In this document: positions 1-11,400 of the stretch, in pieces
Numbering within the stretch: position 1 is the first letter of the stretch
Layout of the letters: each line of letters starts with the position of its first letter
Virus record (IMG/VR): IMGVR_UViG_3300028048_000069
Location: 1-64,000 of that record
DNA length: 64,000 nt
DNA from: a virus
Taxonomy: Duplodnaviria; Caudoviricetes
Reading direction: 5' to 3' (one strand)
Position numbers and translations under genes: made by a program
The notes under the pieces: generated by a model
Databases searched by the model: none
What the model was told of the DNA's origin: nothing
What the model saw: only the letters and a program-made list of their open reading frames with translations

Positions 1-180
1 AAAATAGAAGTAATTAAAGAAGATAAAAAGATTACTGCTTCTTTAGAAGAAAAGATTTTATGTCCTCATTGCAAACAAGTAATCGGGACAAAATTAGGTG
101 AAATTTTTCAAATATTAGACCAAAGATTAGTTTCGCTTAAAGGGCAAATTTGTCCTAAATGTAATAAGGAGATTAAATAA
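1..180 (+). CDS. 3' end of a protein with a C-terminal zinc ribbon (partial)
   Basis: Frame 1 is open from base 1: KIEVIKEDKKITASLEEKILCPHCKQ...ICPKCNKEIK*, with two CxxC pairs. Confidence 0.6.
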   Translation, partial: KIEVIKEDKKITASLEEKILCPHCKQVIGTKLGEIFQILDQRLVSLKGQICPKCNKEIK

Positions 181-183
181 TAT

Positions 184-459
184 ATGAAATTTGTTAAATT
201 GATTAAATCAGATTATAGAAAAACAATTGATGAATTAAATGATAATGAAAGGAAACAAGTGGATGAATATATCAAAGAAAGAAAAGCCACTTATGAATCA
301 ACATATCAAGTATTAGTAAATTTGGCGCAAACTATGGCAGCATATATTAATAATTATTCAAAAGATGCAAATGAGTTTAGAGATTATTCTGAAAAAATGA
401 ATAAAAGTACATCTGAACTTTTTAAAATTTTAACCGATTTAAAAAACAGAGGTAACTAG
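184..459 (+). CDS. Small protein with MKF..KS leader (putative virion cargo)
   Basis: N-terminus MKFVKLIKS; AGGAG upstream. Confidence 0.7.
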   Translation: MKFVKLIKSDYRKTIDELNDNERKQVDEYIKERKATYESTYQVLVNLAQTMAAYINNYSKDANEFRDYSEKMNKSTSELFKILTDLKNRGN

Positions 460-461
460 AT

Positions 462-863
462 ATGAAATTTATTCGTACTTTAAAAGCAAGTGATAATGAA
501 TTATTTCAAATAGGTTGGAGTTTAGAATTTGCTTGGGAAGATGATAATGAAACTTATTATCCATATTTTGAAATCCAAAATAAAAATATCGATTCTTTAA
601 TCGATAGAATAGAAGGATGGTTTTTGAAAGAAGGGTATAAAGAATATTTTACTTCTATTAGAGCAGAAGCACACGACGATTATGGTGTATATGGTTCTGC
701 TTGGGTAACACAATCTCAATTAGAAGAACTTAACGAAGAAGGTTGGATGACAAGTGCTGGAACATTTGATTTACCAGATAACTTACAGGCACCAGAAGGG
801 TTTTTGTATGTCCATCTTCAACCTTTTGACTTTGAAAGTCCAATAACAATAGAGGGTAGATAG
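462..863 (+). CDS. Acidic protein with MKF..KA leader (putative virion cargo)
   Basis: N-terminus MKFIRTLKA; tightly coupled to neighbouring genes. Confidence 0.7.
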   Translation: MKFIRTLKASDNELFQIGWSLEFAWEDDNETYYPYFEIQNKNIDSLIDRIEGWFLKEGYKEYFTSIRAEAHDDYGVYGSAWVTQSQLEELNEEGWMTSAGTFDLPDNLQAPEGFLYVHLQPFDFESPITIEGR

Positions 864-865
864 AT

Positions 866-1354
866 ATGAAATTTATTAGAACAATCAAAGCAGGGCCTGG
901 CGCGGCTGTAAATTTTAGATTTGAAGATTGTTGGTTTGAACATACATCTGAATTAAATAAATTTATAGTAAATGAATTATGTGTGGCATCATATTATGAT
1001 TCAAGAGTAATACATAATGATGCTGGCATATTAACATTAAACTTCGATACATTAAAGAGTTATATAGAAAAAGAATATCATTTACACGATATAAAAATAG
1101 AAGATATTGACAACCTAAAAGTGGATAATTATGATTATGGTGGCGGATATTCAAGATGTGAATTAGATAAAGAAGGATTTTCAAACGAAGATAAGTATTG
1201 TGCTGTATGTAGAGTAACAGTTACAGATTCTGAAGGGGATAAAAATTATGTTGATGGTTATTGTGACATAAGTTTTGTACCATCAGAAAAAACGATTGAG
1301 AAATACAATTATTTAGACACTTACGATGACTTATATGAAGAAGAAGGGTGGTAA
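866..1354 (+). CDS. Acidic protein with MKF..KA leader (putative virion cargo)
   Basis: N-terminus MKFIRTIKA. Confidence 0.7.
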   Translation: MKFIRTIKAGPGAAVNFRFEDCWFEHTSELNKFIVNELCVASYYDSRVIHNDAGILTLNFDTLKSYIEKEYHLHDIKIEDIDNLKVDNYDYGGGYSRCELDKEGFSNEDKYCAVCRVTVTDSEGDKNYVDGYCDISFVPSEKTIEKYNYLDTYDDLYEEEGW

Positions 1355-1359
1355 TTATA

Positions 1360-1824
1360 ATGAAATTTATACGAGTAATAAAATCAAATTCATCTTACAT
1401 TTCTAGTTCAATGGTTGAACAATCAATTGAAAATTATGAAGAAACAGGGAAAGTAGATGAAATTTTACTACAACTTAAACCTAGATTTATAGGTCAAGGA
1501 TATGGGTATAAATCCGATAAAAAGTGGGAAGATATGGCTATGGATGAAGTAATTTATATCCCAGAAGGTGGTTATACCAAAGGAACTAATGGCACCAATA
1601 TACCTGAAAGTTTTTATACAAAAGAAGATTTTATAAAAATACAGGAATATGAAGGTGGAGAGCCACGAGCCAAAATTCTTTTTGAAGATGTTGATTGGCA
1701 AGACCCAAATACCTTATCAGAAGAATATGATTGGAGAACAGACTATAATGAAAGTGGTAGTGAAGCACCAGAAGACTTTGAGCCACAATATGATGAAGAA
1801 GGACGTTATATTTCCAAAAAATAA
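1360..1824 (+). CDS. Acidic protein with MKF..KS leader (start revised to ATG 1360)
   Basis: MKFIRVIKS begins at ATG 1360, matching the family leader; the GTG at 1348 overlaps the previous gene. Confidence 0.7.
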   Translation: MKFIRVIKSNSSYISSSMVEQSIENYEETGKVDEILLQLKPRFIGQGYGYKSDKKWEDMAMDEVIYIPEGGYTKGTNGTNIPESFYTKEDFIKIQEYEGGEPRAKILFEDVDWQDPNTLSEEYDWRTDYNESGSEAPEDFEPQYDEEGRYISKK

Positions 1825-1845
1825 ATAAGTGTACTACTAATTCAT

Positions 1846-1876
1846 TAACCCACTAGCATAATTGTTAGTGGGTTTT
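1846..1876 (+). terminator. Intrinsic terminator
   Basis: AACCCACTAGCA-taat-TGTTAGTGGGTT followed by T run. Confidence 0.75.
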
Positions 1877-1890
1877 CATTTATATTTATA
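1876..1890 (+). promoter_or_regulatory. Putative late promoter motif TCATTTATATTTATA
   Basis: One of 11 intergenic copies of TCATTTA(G/T/A)ATTT(T)AT. Confidence 0.65.
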
Positions 1891-1939
1891 AGAAACCTAA
1901 TTGGTTTCTAAAGAATAAACGAAAATAGGAGAATTAGAA

Positions 1940-2935
1940 ATGTCTAAAAAGTATATTTTAAATAAGACAAATTCTGTCTTATTACTTCAAAAAGCCAACC
2001 TTACTACATTAGTAAAATTACAACCTAAACAATGTTCTTTCCAATCATTTGAAGAAACCGAATTATTGGAAAGCCCTTATGTTTATAGATGCTTAAATGC
2101 AGGTCGTATTGAACTATTAGACCAAAGAGTATCAGTTATTAAGAAAACAAATGCTCAAAATTATGGTCAAAAATATAAAATTGGTACTCGCGCTTATTTA
2201 AATGATAAAAATAATTTAGATATTGAAGTGCTTTCATACAATCCTAATAATCAATTGTATACTGTTAAATTGGTAAAAACTGGTGGTAAATTAACAATTC
2301 AAGAAGCAGCCATTTCATTAAAGAAAAATATTGGTGATAAAATCAATGTAGATATTGATGAAAATGGGGATTTAACAGATGTAGAAAATCATCAAGACCT
2401 TTCTTTACCGCAAGGCCCAGAACAAGTTCAAATTGTAAGAACGCAAGATAGAGCAGTAAATCGCGCCATCAATGCTAAATCTTTAATTGATAATCAAAAC
2501 AATTTAGCCAATGAAATTGCTAATCAAAAAGTAGATGTAGTGTATAAAGACGATAAAGAAGAAGTTAGACCAGAAGATGAAGAAGAAACATTTATTGTAA
2601 AATCAAAAGATGGTAAATTTGCTAAAGAAATTACTTCTTCTGAAATGGTAGAAAATACACAAAAAGCCATCAATGAAACCCTACAAGAAGTTGTAGACTC
2701 AACAGTTGTGGCTAAACCAGAAACAAAAGATGATGGGTTTAATACCGAAGAATATGTAAAATTAACCCCAGAATTACAGCAATACATTAGCACTTTTATG
2801 AGTAAAGATGCTCGTAGCAAAAAAGTAATCATTACAAGATTAAAAGATACTGCTAAATTAAATGCTATTGCTTCTTGCGCGGATGAATTATCATCTAAAG
2901 CAGCAAAAGTGAAATTGGAAAAATTAAATGCCTAA
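1940..2935 (+). CDS. Hypothetical protein, likely late/structural
   Basis: 331-aa ORF with AGGAG RBS, behind the late motif. Confidence 0.6.
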   Translation: MSKKYILNKTNSVLLLQKANLTTLVKLQPKQCSFQSFEETELLESPYVYRCLNAGRIELLDQRVSVIKKTNAQNYGQKYKIGTRAYLNDKNNLDIEVLSYNPNNQLYTVKLVKTGGKLTIQEAAISLKKNIGDKINVDIDENGDLTDVENHQDLSLPQGPEQVQIVRTQDRAVNRAINAKSLIDNQNNLANEIANQKVDVVYKDDKEEVRPEDEEETFIVKSKDGKFAKEITSSEMVENTQKAINETLQEVVDSTVVAKPETKDDGFNTEEYVKLTPELQQYISTFMSKDARSKKVIITRLKDTAKLNAIASCADELSSKAAKVKLEKLNA

Positions 2936-3434
2936 TAAAAATCATTTGCCAAATATTAATTTGCGCGTATTTAGAAGAGAGAAAACAGACCTTTCCCTCA
3001 TCTATAATAGTAGCGAATTAGCAACTTTATTTGGTAATAACCTAGTTAAACCAGAAGTATATATAAATGGTAATAAACTAGTGGCAATTGTCCAAAAAGC
3101 ACAGGCTAAAGATGCTACTTCTACGGACATCTGCATATTTATTGATTATGCTGAAAATAATCTAAATAGTGAAGATAGATATAATGTGGAATTAAGATTT
3201 CCATTAAATCAATTAGATTTTATTAAGTATAATATTATTGTGGAAGGCGCGGGTATTATACCTTCCCTTAAAGATAATAAACAGATGTTCTCCCAAAATT
3301 TCTGTTATGATACTAAAAAGAAGAGATGGGTAAAACCTTCTTCTATTGAAGATGAAAATGGAGATAATAGAATTTTGGTAAGTGACCCAGAAGTAACGAA
3401 TTTACTAAGGGAAATACTTAAAAAATTGAAATAA
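2928..3434 (+). CDS. Hypothetical protein
   Basis: 168-aa ORF overlapping the previous stop. Confidence 0.6.
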   Translation: MPNKNHLPNINLRVFRREKTDLSLIYNSSELATLFGNNLVKPEVYINGNKLVAIVQKAQAKDATSTDICIFIDYAENNLNSEDRYNVELRFPLNQLDFIKYNIIVEGAGIIPSLKDNKQMFSQNFCYDTKKKRWVKPSSIEDENGDNRILVSDPEVTNLLREILKKLK

Positions 3435-3477
3435 TCTTTGTAATAGGCTTATTTTGCTTTCTCCCTATTACAGTAAT

Positions 3478-3520
3478 AATGGCTAGTGGAATCATATATT
3501 AAGAATCTACTAGCCATTTT
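3478..3520 (+). terminator. Intrinsic terminator
   Basis: AATGGCTAGTGGA...TCTACTAGCCATT followed by TT. Confidence 0.65.
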
Positions 3521-3528
3521 ATTGGTTA

Positions 3529-3544
3529 TCATTTATATTTTATA
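3529..3544 (+). promoter_or_regulatory. Putative late promoter motif
   Basis: TCATTTATATTTTATA directly after the terminator. Confidence 0.65.
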
Positions 3545-3732
3545 TGGTAGAATTTCCAGAATATATAACACAAGATGAATGCTTTATTTACTGGCCAAAA
3601 AACAATGTGGCTGAAGTAACCCAATATGAAGAATTTATTCCTTTAAGCGATTTATTGGAAGGTTCGGCTGTAAGTAATGCTTATTACAATGTTATAGGAA
3701 CAATAGAAGGGAAAACAGTGGTGGTAATTTAA
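3544..3732 (+). CDS. Small hypothetical protein
   Basis: 62-aa ORF whose stop overlaps the next ATG. Confidence 0.45.
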   Translation: MVEFPEYITQDECFIYWPKNNVAEVTQYEEFIPLSDLLEGSAVSNAYYNVIGTIEGKTVVVI

Positions 3733-4217
3733 TGTTATTTGTAAAATTGATAAAATCTGCTACTAAAAATACAACTAGAACCAAGAAACTTGTTAATAAA
3801 CCTAGTGAAAAACTGCCCAAAACCGCGCCAAAACGCGATTTAAGCAAAAATACTAGTAAAGGGGTACAACCTACCCAAAAACATCTTAAAACTCAAAATA
3901 AGCCAGTTTCTAGGAGATTTAAGATAAAACCTAATACAGGTTATCCTTTACAAGATGTAAGTTTGCCTGTTTTTCAAGATTTATTGGAACAAGGGTATAA
4001 TATGGTTACTTTTGTAGCACATCCTAATGCTTGTAATCATTGTAAAGGTATAAATGGAAAAACAAAGTCATTAGACCAACATTTAAGAAGTTTAAATTAT
4101 GAAGCACCTGTATTCGAAATGGCTCACGTTAATAGCCAAAGCGAATTAAAAGTGTGGGATAAAAATGGTGAATTACCAGATGTTTTTGTAAATTATGAAG
4201 GAGATATACACGAATGA
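3732..4217 (+). CDS. MuF/SPP1 gp7-like minor head protein with MLF..KS leader
   Basis: HPNACNHC...AHVNSQS resembles the MuF C-terminal CxxC...HPNCRC motif; leader MLFVKLIKS; basic N-terminal half. Confidence 0.5.
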   Translation: MLFVKLIKSATKNTTRTKKLVNKPSEKLPKTAPKRDLSKNTSKGVQPTQKHLKTQNKPVSRRFKIKPNTGYPLQDVSLPVFQDLLEQGYNMVTFVAHPNACNHCKGINGKTKSLDQHLRSLNYEAPVFEMAHVNSQSELKVWDKNGELPDVFVNYEGDIHE

Positions 4218-6964
4218 AATTTTTTAAAGTAAAAAAAGCAGATATTGGTGAAAAATATAGAGGTAATAAAAATTTTCCCTTAAATATTCCATTAGATGAT
4301 TTCAATAAAGTAAAAGAAAATGCAAAATTAGTTTTTGATCCAAGAACAAAAAAAGAAGAAGTATGGTCATATATAGGAAATAATGGAAATTTAGACCTTT
4401 TTGAATTATTATCTTATGAAAATGTAGATAATAAACCTTGGGTAAAACTTGTTGTAAATAATTTATCTAATTCATATTATAATAAAGACCTTTATTATGA
4501 TGTTGGTGCATCATATGATATATCAAATTTAGAACTTAAAAACAATATGAAAAAAGAATCAGCAATTCAACAACCTAATAAACCTAAACCAACAACCATG
4601 TTACCAGACAATATGGAATGGGCTTGGGATCCAGAGGCTGCCGATTGGGTAGCTGTATTAAAAGATAATACAAATACTACTCCACCATTATATGATCCTA
4701 ATAATCAAAATGTAGTAAATCAAACTACAAATTATATGAGTACAGTAAAATCTGCTTCCAATAAAAACATAGATAGTATTATTGAAGATTATAAAGAAAA
4801 AGTATTGGTAGATGTTAGTGCTGTTTCTACAAAAGAAGATGATTTTTATAAAGAAAAAGAAATAGAAGTAGAAGAAGAAATTAAAGAGGCACAAAAATAT
4901 GTATCTTCTATTTTAGATAATAAAAATGCCAAAAGTTATTTAGAAAGACAAGTGCAAAAAACAAAAGAAGTTTATGGTGAAAATTCTAATTACTATAACT
5001 ATGCCAAATTTGTATTAGATTTATATAACGAAATGTCAAGAAACTCTGATATAAGAAATATGAAATCTGCTAGTAAAAAAGTTAAATCAGAAAAAAGTAT
5101 GATGGACCTTGCACAAAACATTATCTATGATGTGGTTTTAATTCACAAAGCAAAATCTATGGATGAAAGACCAGAGTGGGATGGCACTTTTGCTATACTT
5201 ACTTTGAACCCAGAAAAGACAGATATTGTTGATATAAAATATATACCACAATCTTCGTTGCCTTCATATACACCAAATGATAATGAATATGGACTTGTAA
5301 GAACAAGAGATACTGGCTTTGATGATACAGATTATCAGTTACAGCCATTAGAAATGATAATTAACCAAAGAAAATCAGATAGTTTTGCTAAAGATGATAA
5401 AAATGCTGTTGAAAGTGGCTATAAAAAACAATCATCTTGCTTATCTAACTTTTTAGATGGTCCAAGATATAGCAAAGAAATTAAAATTGAAGCAGGTTTA
5501 ATTAAAAATGGTTTAGTTAAATATGCTGGATTTGATTTTAATCGCGGTACAAAATATGCTATTACTGATAAAGGTTTAGAAGTATTAAGAAAAGCCTCTG
5601 AAAAAGAACATAATGAAGCCTTAAATGAAAGAGAAAAATTGGCTTATATGTTCGGTTTTAATACTGATAAAGAAACCACTCTAGATACTACTGGTAAGAT
5701 TATTAAATCAGACAAAAAATTTCACATACATCTTCCTGGAAGTTTTTACACGCAAGAAATTTATGGTGAAACCATAGATGATGCTTTAGAAAACTATGGG
5801 TACAAAAAAGATGAAATTATGGAATGGTATGATGACGAAGGTAATGGCGAATATATAGGTAATCTTGTTGAATGTGATTTGTGCGGTGAAAAATACGAAG
5901 CAGATGAATTAGTTTCAACTGATATGGGAAATATATGTTTCAAATGCAAAAAAGGCATTGAATCCAAAGAAGGGCCATTTCAAAAAAGGTTTTCTATCAC
6001 AGAAGCAGACGGAACTCCATTAGGTAAAGTAACCGCAAGCAGTGAATTAGATGCTAAAGTTAAATTTGGTATTGAACATCCAGAATATGCAGATAGCCAA
6101 AGTATTAGTGCCAAAGTAATATGTGCATCAGAAACAGAGTATATGTCTGTTCAAAATATGAAAACATTTTTGAAACAGCAAGGTGCAAAAGAAATTTCGT
6201 TCGGTGCTTTTACACAAGATGTACCACATAGTGATAGTGATTTAGTTAAAGTTATAGAATCTCACGGTACAAAGAAAATACATTTGACATACGACCACTA
6301 TAAAGTATTTGTTTATACTAATGGTGCAAGAATGATAGAAGATTTGGCTAAATATAATGGAAATTGGAAAGATAGATACTTTATTTTTACCAAAGTTTCT
6401 AATAACAAAAACATTGATGCCAAATATGAAGAAACAACCGAGTCTCATGAACCTTATATTAATCCCTCAGAAACTCCTAACGATCACATTATTTTAGAAA
6501 ATCATGATGGTTGGGTAAATACTGCTAGTTTTGAAGATGATGTCAGAAAACAATTTCAACAACCTCATCAAAAATTACCTAATAGTGATAGAGATTTAGC
6601 TTTATTAGAAAAACAAATTCTTGAAATTACAGATGAAGATACAAGAGATACTGTAAGAAAAATATTTGATGAATTTCAATTTTCTGATAAAGAAGCTGCA
6701 GAACATAGACCTTATACTGAAGAAGAAAAAAGATTATTACCTCTATTTAGACTTCTTAATCAGCATATAGCTAAAAAAGAGATTCAAATAGTTGAAGATC
6801 CTCAAAAAGATGGTAATATTGTAGCTACAGGTCAAGCAGAAGTAATTAATGATCTTGAACACGAAGTAAAAGATCTAGGATTTCATTGTGAGCCTATCGC
6901 AGAAATTACCGATGAAGATTATATTGGATATGATATTTATTCTTTAAGAATCTTTACTAAATAA
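4214..6964 (+). CDS. Large modular protein with MKF..KA leader and internal K-[VI]-x-[SA] linkers (putative polyprotein)
   Basis: MKFFKVKKA start; internal SASKKVKSE, KIIKSD, KVTASS, KVICASE; one Zn ribbon (CDLC...CFKC). Confidence 0.6.
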   Translation: MKFFKVKKADIGEKYRGNKNFPLNIPLDDFNKVKENAKLVFDPRTKKEEVWSYIGNNGNLDLFELLSYENVDNKPWVKLVVNNLSNSYYNKDLYYDVGASYDISNLELKNNMKKESAIQQPNKPKPTTMLPDNMEWAWDPEAADWVAVLKDNTNTTPPLYDPNNQNVVNQTTNYMSTVKSASNKNIDSIIEDYKEKVLVDVSAVSTKEDDFYKEKEIEVEEEIKEAQKYVSSILDNKNAKSYLERQVQKTKEVYGENSNYYNYAKFVLDLYNEMSRNSDIRNMKSASKKVKSEKSMMDLAQNIIYDVVLIHKAKSMDERPEWDGTFAILTLNPEKTDIVDIKYIPQSSLPSYTPNDNEYGLVRTRDTGFDDTDYQLQPLEMIINQRKSDSFAKDDKNAVESGYKKQSSCLSNFLDGPRYSKEIKIEAGLIKNGLVKYAGFDFNRGTKYAITDKGLEVLRKASEKEHNEALNEREKLAYMFGFNTDKETTLDTTGKIIKSDKKFHIHLPGSFYTQEIYGETIDDALENYGYKKDEIMEWYDDEGNGEYIGNLVECDLCGEKYEADELVSTDMGNICFKCKKGIESKEGPFQKRFSITEADGTPLGKVTASSELDAKVKFGIEHPEYADSQSISAKVICASETEYMSVQNMKTFLKQQGAKEISFGAFTQDVPHSDSDLVKVIESHGTKKIHLTYDHYKVFVYTNGARMIEDLAKYNGNWKDRYFIFTKVSNNKNIDAKYEETTESHEPYINPSETPNDHIILENHDGWVNTASFEDDVRKQFQQPHQKLPNSDRDLALLEKQILEITDEDTRDTVRKIFDEFQFSDKEAAEHRPYTEEEKRLLPLFRLLNQHIAKKEIQIVEDPQKDGNIVATGQAEVINDLEHEVKDLGFHCEPIAEITDEDYIGYDIYSLRIFTK

Positions 6965-6988
6965 ATTATTAGGAGGGAAATTTAAACT

Positions 6989-7414
6989 ATGCCAGCTTTT
7001 TCAAAGAAATCATTAGGAATGTTACAACAATGTCATCCAGATATTCAAAAGGTGATGACAGAAGCCATTAAGATTATAGATTTTTCTGTAACCGAAGGTG
7101 CTCGTACAAAAGAAAAACAAATTGAGTATTTTAAAACTGGAAAATCTAAAACAATGAATAGTAAACATTTACCTAAATATTGTAATGAAATTGGTAAAGA
7201 ATGCTCATTTGCAATAGATGTTGTTCCATATCCCGTAAATTATAATGATCGTGAAAGATTTTGTTTATTAGCTGGTATTGTTTTAGGTATGGCAAAGGTA
7301 TTAAAAGATCAAGGAAAAATTAAATCTACAATACGATGGGGCGGAGATTTTTCAATGAACAATATCACAAAGGATGAAAAATTTTCTGATATGCCACACT
7401 TTGAGATATTATGA
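6989..7414 (+). CDS. Endolysin, M15-family L-Ala-D-Glu peptidase (T5 Lys-like)
   Basis: EGARTKEKQ, SKTMNSKH, AIDVVP, RWGGDF and DMPHFE motifs. Confidence 0.9.
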   Translation: MPAFSKKSLGMLQQCHPDIQKVMTEAIKIIDFSVTEGARTKEKQIEYFKTGKSKTMNSKHLPKYCNEIGKECSFAIDVVPYPVNYNDRERFCLLAGIVLGMAKVLKDQGKIKSTIRWGGDFSMNNITKDEKFSDMPHFEIL

Positions 7415-7791
7415 AATTTTATAAACTTATTAAAAGTGCTTCTTATATAGGGTATCATGGAAGTCAAAATCCAAAATTAGTATTGACTAATAAACCTCTT
7501 TATTTAACAAGTAATTATGATGAGGCTAAAGATTGGGCGGATGGTTATGGATTTAATTATGACTTAATGGATTCAGATATTCCAACTGTTTATAAAATAC
7601 AAATGACTTTTAATAACCCGAAACAAATAACAACCGAAGAAGAATACGAAGAATTTATGGATATAACCTCAATACCGAATATTATCCCACAATTGACTAA
7701 AGATGGATATGATGGTGTTATTTATAATGAAATCGGTTACTATTTAGTTTTTAATGCACAAAAGCAGTGTAAAATACTAGGGGTAGAATAA
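7411..7791 (+). CDS. ADP-ribosyltransferase-like (ART-PolyVal-like) protein with MKF..KS leader
   Basis: YHGS...LYLTS..EA..WA...NNP...GYDGVIY...YLVF pattern; leader MKFYKLIKS. Confidence 0.55.
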   Translation: MKFYKLIKSASYIGYHGSQNPKLVLTNKPLYLTSNYDEAKDWADGYGFNYDLMDSDIPTVYKIQMTFNNPKQITTEEEYEEFMDITSIPNIIPQLTKDGYDGVIYNEIGYYLVFNAQKQCKILGVE

Positions 7792-8433
7792 ATGTTATAT
7801 CGCGGTAGAAGATACATAAATACAGTTTTTGTAAGCATAATGCGCCAGTTATTTACTGACCATCCACAATATCCTTGGACTCCTAAAAGATTAGAAACTG
7901 GGATATACATTGACGAAAGTTATCCGCGTGGCGAGAGAAAATTTCCAGAAATTATTTGTACAGATGTTACAGATAATGAATTTTTTCATGCATCATTTGA
8001 TAGAAACTTTCAAGAAGATGTATATGATGAACAAGGCAATATAACTGGTTCTATTTATGGTATCACAATTACTCCTACAATCAATGTAACAGTTTCTACC
8101 TTAACTAAATATGATACAGAAATAATTGCCGATTACATTTGTTCCTATATGAATTATAGTGGTATAAACCTACTAGCCGATGCTGGAATTATTATAGTTT
8201 CTGCGAGTGGTAATGCACCACAAACAGAAGAATATGGGAAAAATAATATTTATACAGTTACTTTAACATTTAATATACAAGCCGAATGGCAGAAATTTGT
8301 AAGTCCTGGGGATGTTATTGACAGAATTGTTATTCCAAATATCAATGTTATAGATAAAAAATATAATCCTACTGTTATTCAACAAGAGCCTGGACTTATT
8401 ATAGAAAAAGAAGAAAGTGATGAAAGTCTTTAA
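7792..8433 (+). CDS. Putative neck/tail-completion protein
   Basis: Size, beta-rich pattern (YP...FPEI...INVTVS) and position among structural genes. Confidence 0.35.
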   Translation: MLYRGRRYINTVFVSIMRQLFTDHPQYPWTPKRLETGIYIDESYPRGERKFPEIICTDVTDNEFFHASFDRNFQEDVYDEQGNITGSIYGITITPTINVTVSTLTKYDTEIIADYICSYMNYSGINLLADAGIIIVSASGNAPQTEEYGKNNIYTVTLTFNIQAEWQKFVSPGDVIDRIVIPNINVIDKKYNPTVIQQEPGLIIEKEESDESL

Positions 8434-8442
8434 GGCTTACCT

Positions 8443-8458
8443 TCATTTATATTTATAT
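8443..8458 (+). promoter_or_regulatory. Putative late promoter motif
   Basis: TCATTTATATTTATAT. Confidence 0.65.
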
Positions 8459-8486
8459 AATTTTATCATAAAGGAAGATAAATACA

Positions 8487-11400
8487 ATGGATCCAGTTAC
8501 AAATAAATTATTACAAGGTACACCTTATGCAGGTATGGGTGGAACACAAGAAAGAAATGCCTTAATTGGCGTTATCAGAAATTTAATTTCAGAAGATAAA
8601 TATACAGTAGATTACATTTTAAATTATGCACAATCTGTAGGTTATCAAAGACAAATGGCTGAAGAAGTTTTCAAAGAACTTACAGGTTTAAGTCCAAAAC
8701 TTATTGTAAATAATAACGAATATTACAATATGCCTTCTTATGTACCTAATATGTGTATTGCTTGGGGTACATCTAAATCAAATAAAGAAAAAGCCTTTTA
8801 CATTGTGCCTTTTGAATATGGTTATGCAGTAATGGAAAAAGACGAAGTAAATGCGCCTATTCCTACAGTTATTTCTGCGACTATTCCAGAAGCATTTGAA
8901 GAACTTAAAAAAGTAGCAAAGGGTATCCAAACATTAGATAAAATTATTACCAAAAAATTGTTAGAAGCAGAAGATGTGCAAACAGATGCTCATACAGTAC
9001 ATCAAGTAAATCTTCCTTATGCTGCCTCTCCTTTACAAATTCTTAAAAAGAACTTTAAGGATAAAGTATTAAGTGTTTCAGAGTTCGAAAGACAAGCATC
9101 TAAATTGTTAGCATCAGAAGAAATTACTGTTGACGAGGCCGAAGATTTAATGGCTTGGAAACAAGATTTAATTGATGAAGATGAAACCTATGGTAATGAT
9201 GTTCTTGAATTGGATGAACAATGGAAACCATTAGATGCGGATGTAGATGAAGATTTAGAAAGTTTCGATTATACCTATAGCCTTTTAGTAAATGGTAATA
9301 TCGACCTTTACAAAGAAAGATTAAATAAAATGTCCAAAGCCGAACTTATGGATTATATTTCTTGGGCAGAAGAAATGGGTATCGGTCGTGAAGAACTTAA
9401 ATTACACTATATTACTGCATCCAAACAGGTCAAATCTAGCAATAATTTTACAAAACAGCCAGGTTATCCGCTAGTGTTTGTTAGTGAAAATGATGAAGAA
9501 GTATTATCTCACGAAGAATTTGTTGATATGTGGAATGAAGATAATCCAGATAACCCTATCGGCGAATGGGATGAACAAGATAATGCCTACTTTGATTGGT
9601 TAGACCAACATTACAATGTAATGGAAGATGAAATGGAAGAATATCTTCGTAAAGCAACTTTACCAAAAGGAATTACAATTAAGATAAAACCAGGTGCTAC
9701 GAAAGGCGGTCAATTATGGGTAGAAGGCGACACATCCGATAAAAGTGCAGTTGCTAAAGTTATGATTGATGCTGCCAATGCCTGTGGTTGGGAAGTTGAA
9801 AATGACCAAAAAACAGCATCTAAAAAAGTAAAATCTGAACTGTCTGCTGATGTAAAATCCGAAATGGAACAAGAAGCACAAAACATCATTAAAAAATTCA
9901 AACCATATGTAATTAAATGGGAAGCGGATGATAATGGTGGTTCTGTGTTAATCGGAGATAAAAATTCTGATTTCCAAGCATGGGTAGATGTATGGATAAG
10001 CGGTAATGATGTAGATTGTGATTGGAATCAATATATTACCCATGTAAATGACCCAAAAGAATATCGAGATTTACAAGTCCGTAACGATACAGAAACAGTA
10101 TTTGATTTAGCTACTAGTGAAGCTATTTATTGTTTAGAGCAAAATAATATTATAGCTCAAGATGAAACTGCTCGTTGGTTTATGGTTAGAAATAATAAGA
10201 AAAATGCTTCTAAAAAAGTAATTTCAGAAAGTGTATCTGTAAAAGACCTTGAAGCAAAAGCCAAACACTACGAGGACTTACTTAAAGAAGAAGGTTACAA
10301 AGATATGAAAGTAACTCCTTACTTTGCTTATGGCTCTTATGGTTTTTACTTTGATTGGACTAGAGATGATGGAAAATCTGGCCAAAAGTTCACTGGTTTA
10401 GGCACTAAAAAAGAAACTTTAAATAATCTAAAATTGGTTTATTATGAACTTGTCAATAGAATTGATTGGTTTATGAAAAGAAAATCTGCCAATTCTAATT
10501 TGAATGATTCAATTAAAGAATGGTACACAAAAACCTATAAAACAGATGAATGTGGCGCGGATATTAACCCAAATACTACTTTTATGGAAGTATTATCTGA
10601 TGCAGAAAATGCCTATGATTTAATTGGTGTGACCGATTCAGTAGTTCGTGAAAGAGTATTTGATGAACTATCTAAAAGAACAAATATTCCCTATGAAAAA
10701 ATCTTTAATATGTGGATGGGAAAACAAGCTTCTAAAAAAGTTAAATCTAATAATAAAGATATCGTTGTAATTGATACTGGTAATGGTTATTTACAAGTAT
10801 TTGAAAATGACGATACCTACGATTATGGCGGTCATCAAGTAGGCGAACAACTTTATGAATTTAGTATCAATGATGAAGATAGAAACAATGGAAAAGCGAC
10901 CCTTGATGTTGATGATTTATTAAATAGTAAGTTTTATGGAATAGTCTTTGAGGATTTTGACAAATTAGAGTGGTTTGTTCAACATATTAAAGATTCAAAT
11001 ACACAACAAGAAATTAAAAACTTACTAAATAAAGAAGCCAAAGGTGTTTATTCTTCTAAAAAAGTAACTGCTGAAAATATGACTTTAGATGATATTGAAG
11101 CAGAAGATAATAAAGATCAAGTTCAAGAAGAAATTGAAAAGATTGATGAAACACCTACTGAAGATATTTTCTCTGAAACAACTCCAGAACAATACTTTGA
11201 TAAAGCACTACAAGAAGATAAGGTTGATACTATCAATGATGTAGTAAGCAAATGTATTGATAAATTCAGCGAAAAATTTAAAGACTTTGATAAATACCAA
11301 GTTAAGATTTTATCTTACAATACCAAAGTACTCGAAGATGATAAACCAGTACAAGAAGAAATGGTAGAAGATAAAGAACTTAATGCTAATGCTATTTTAC

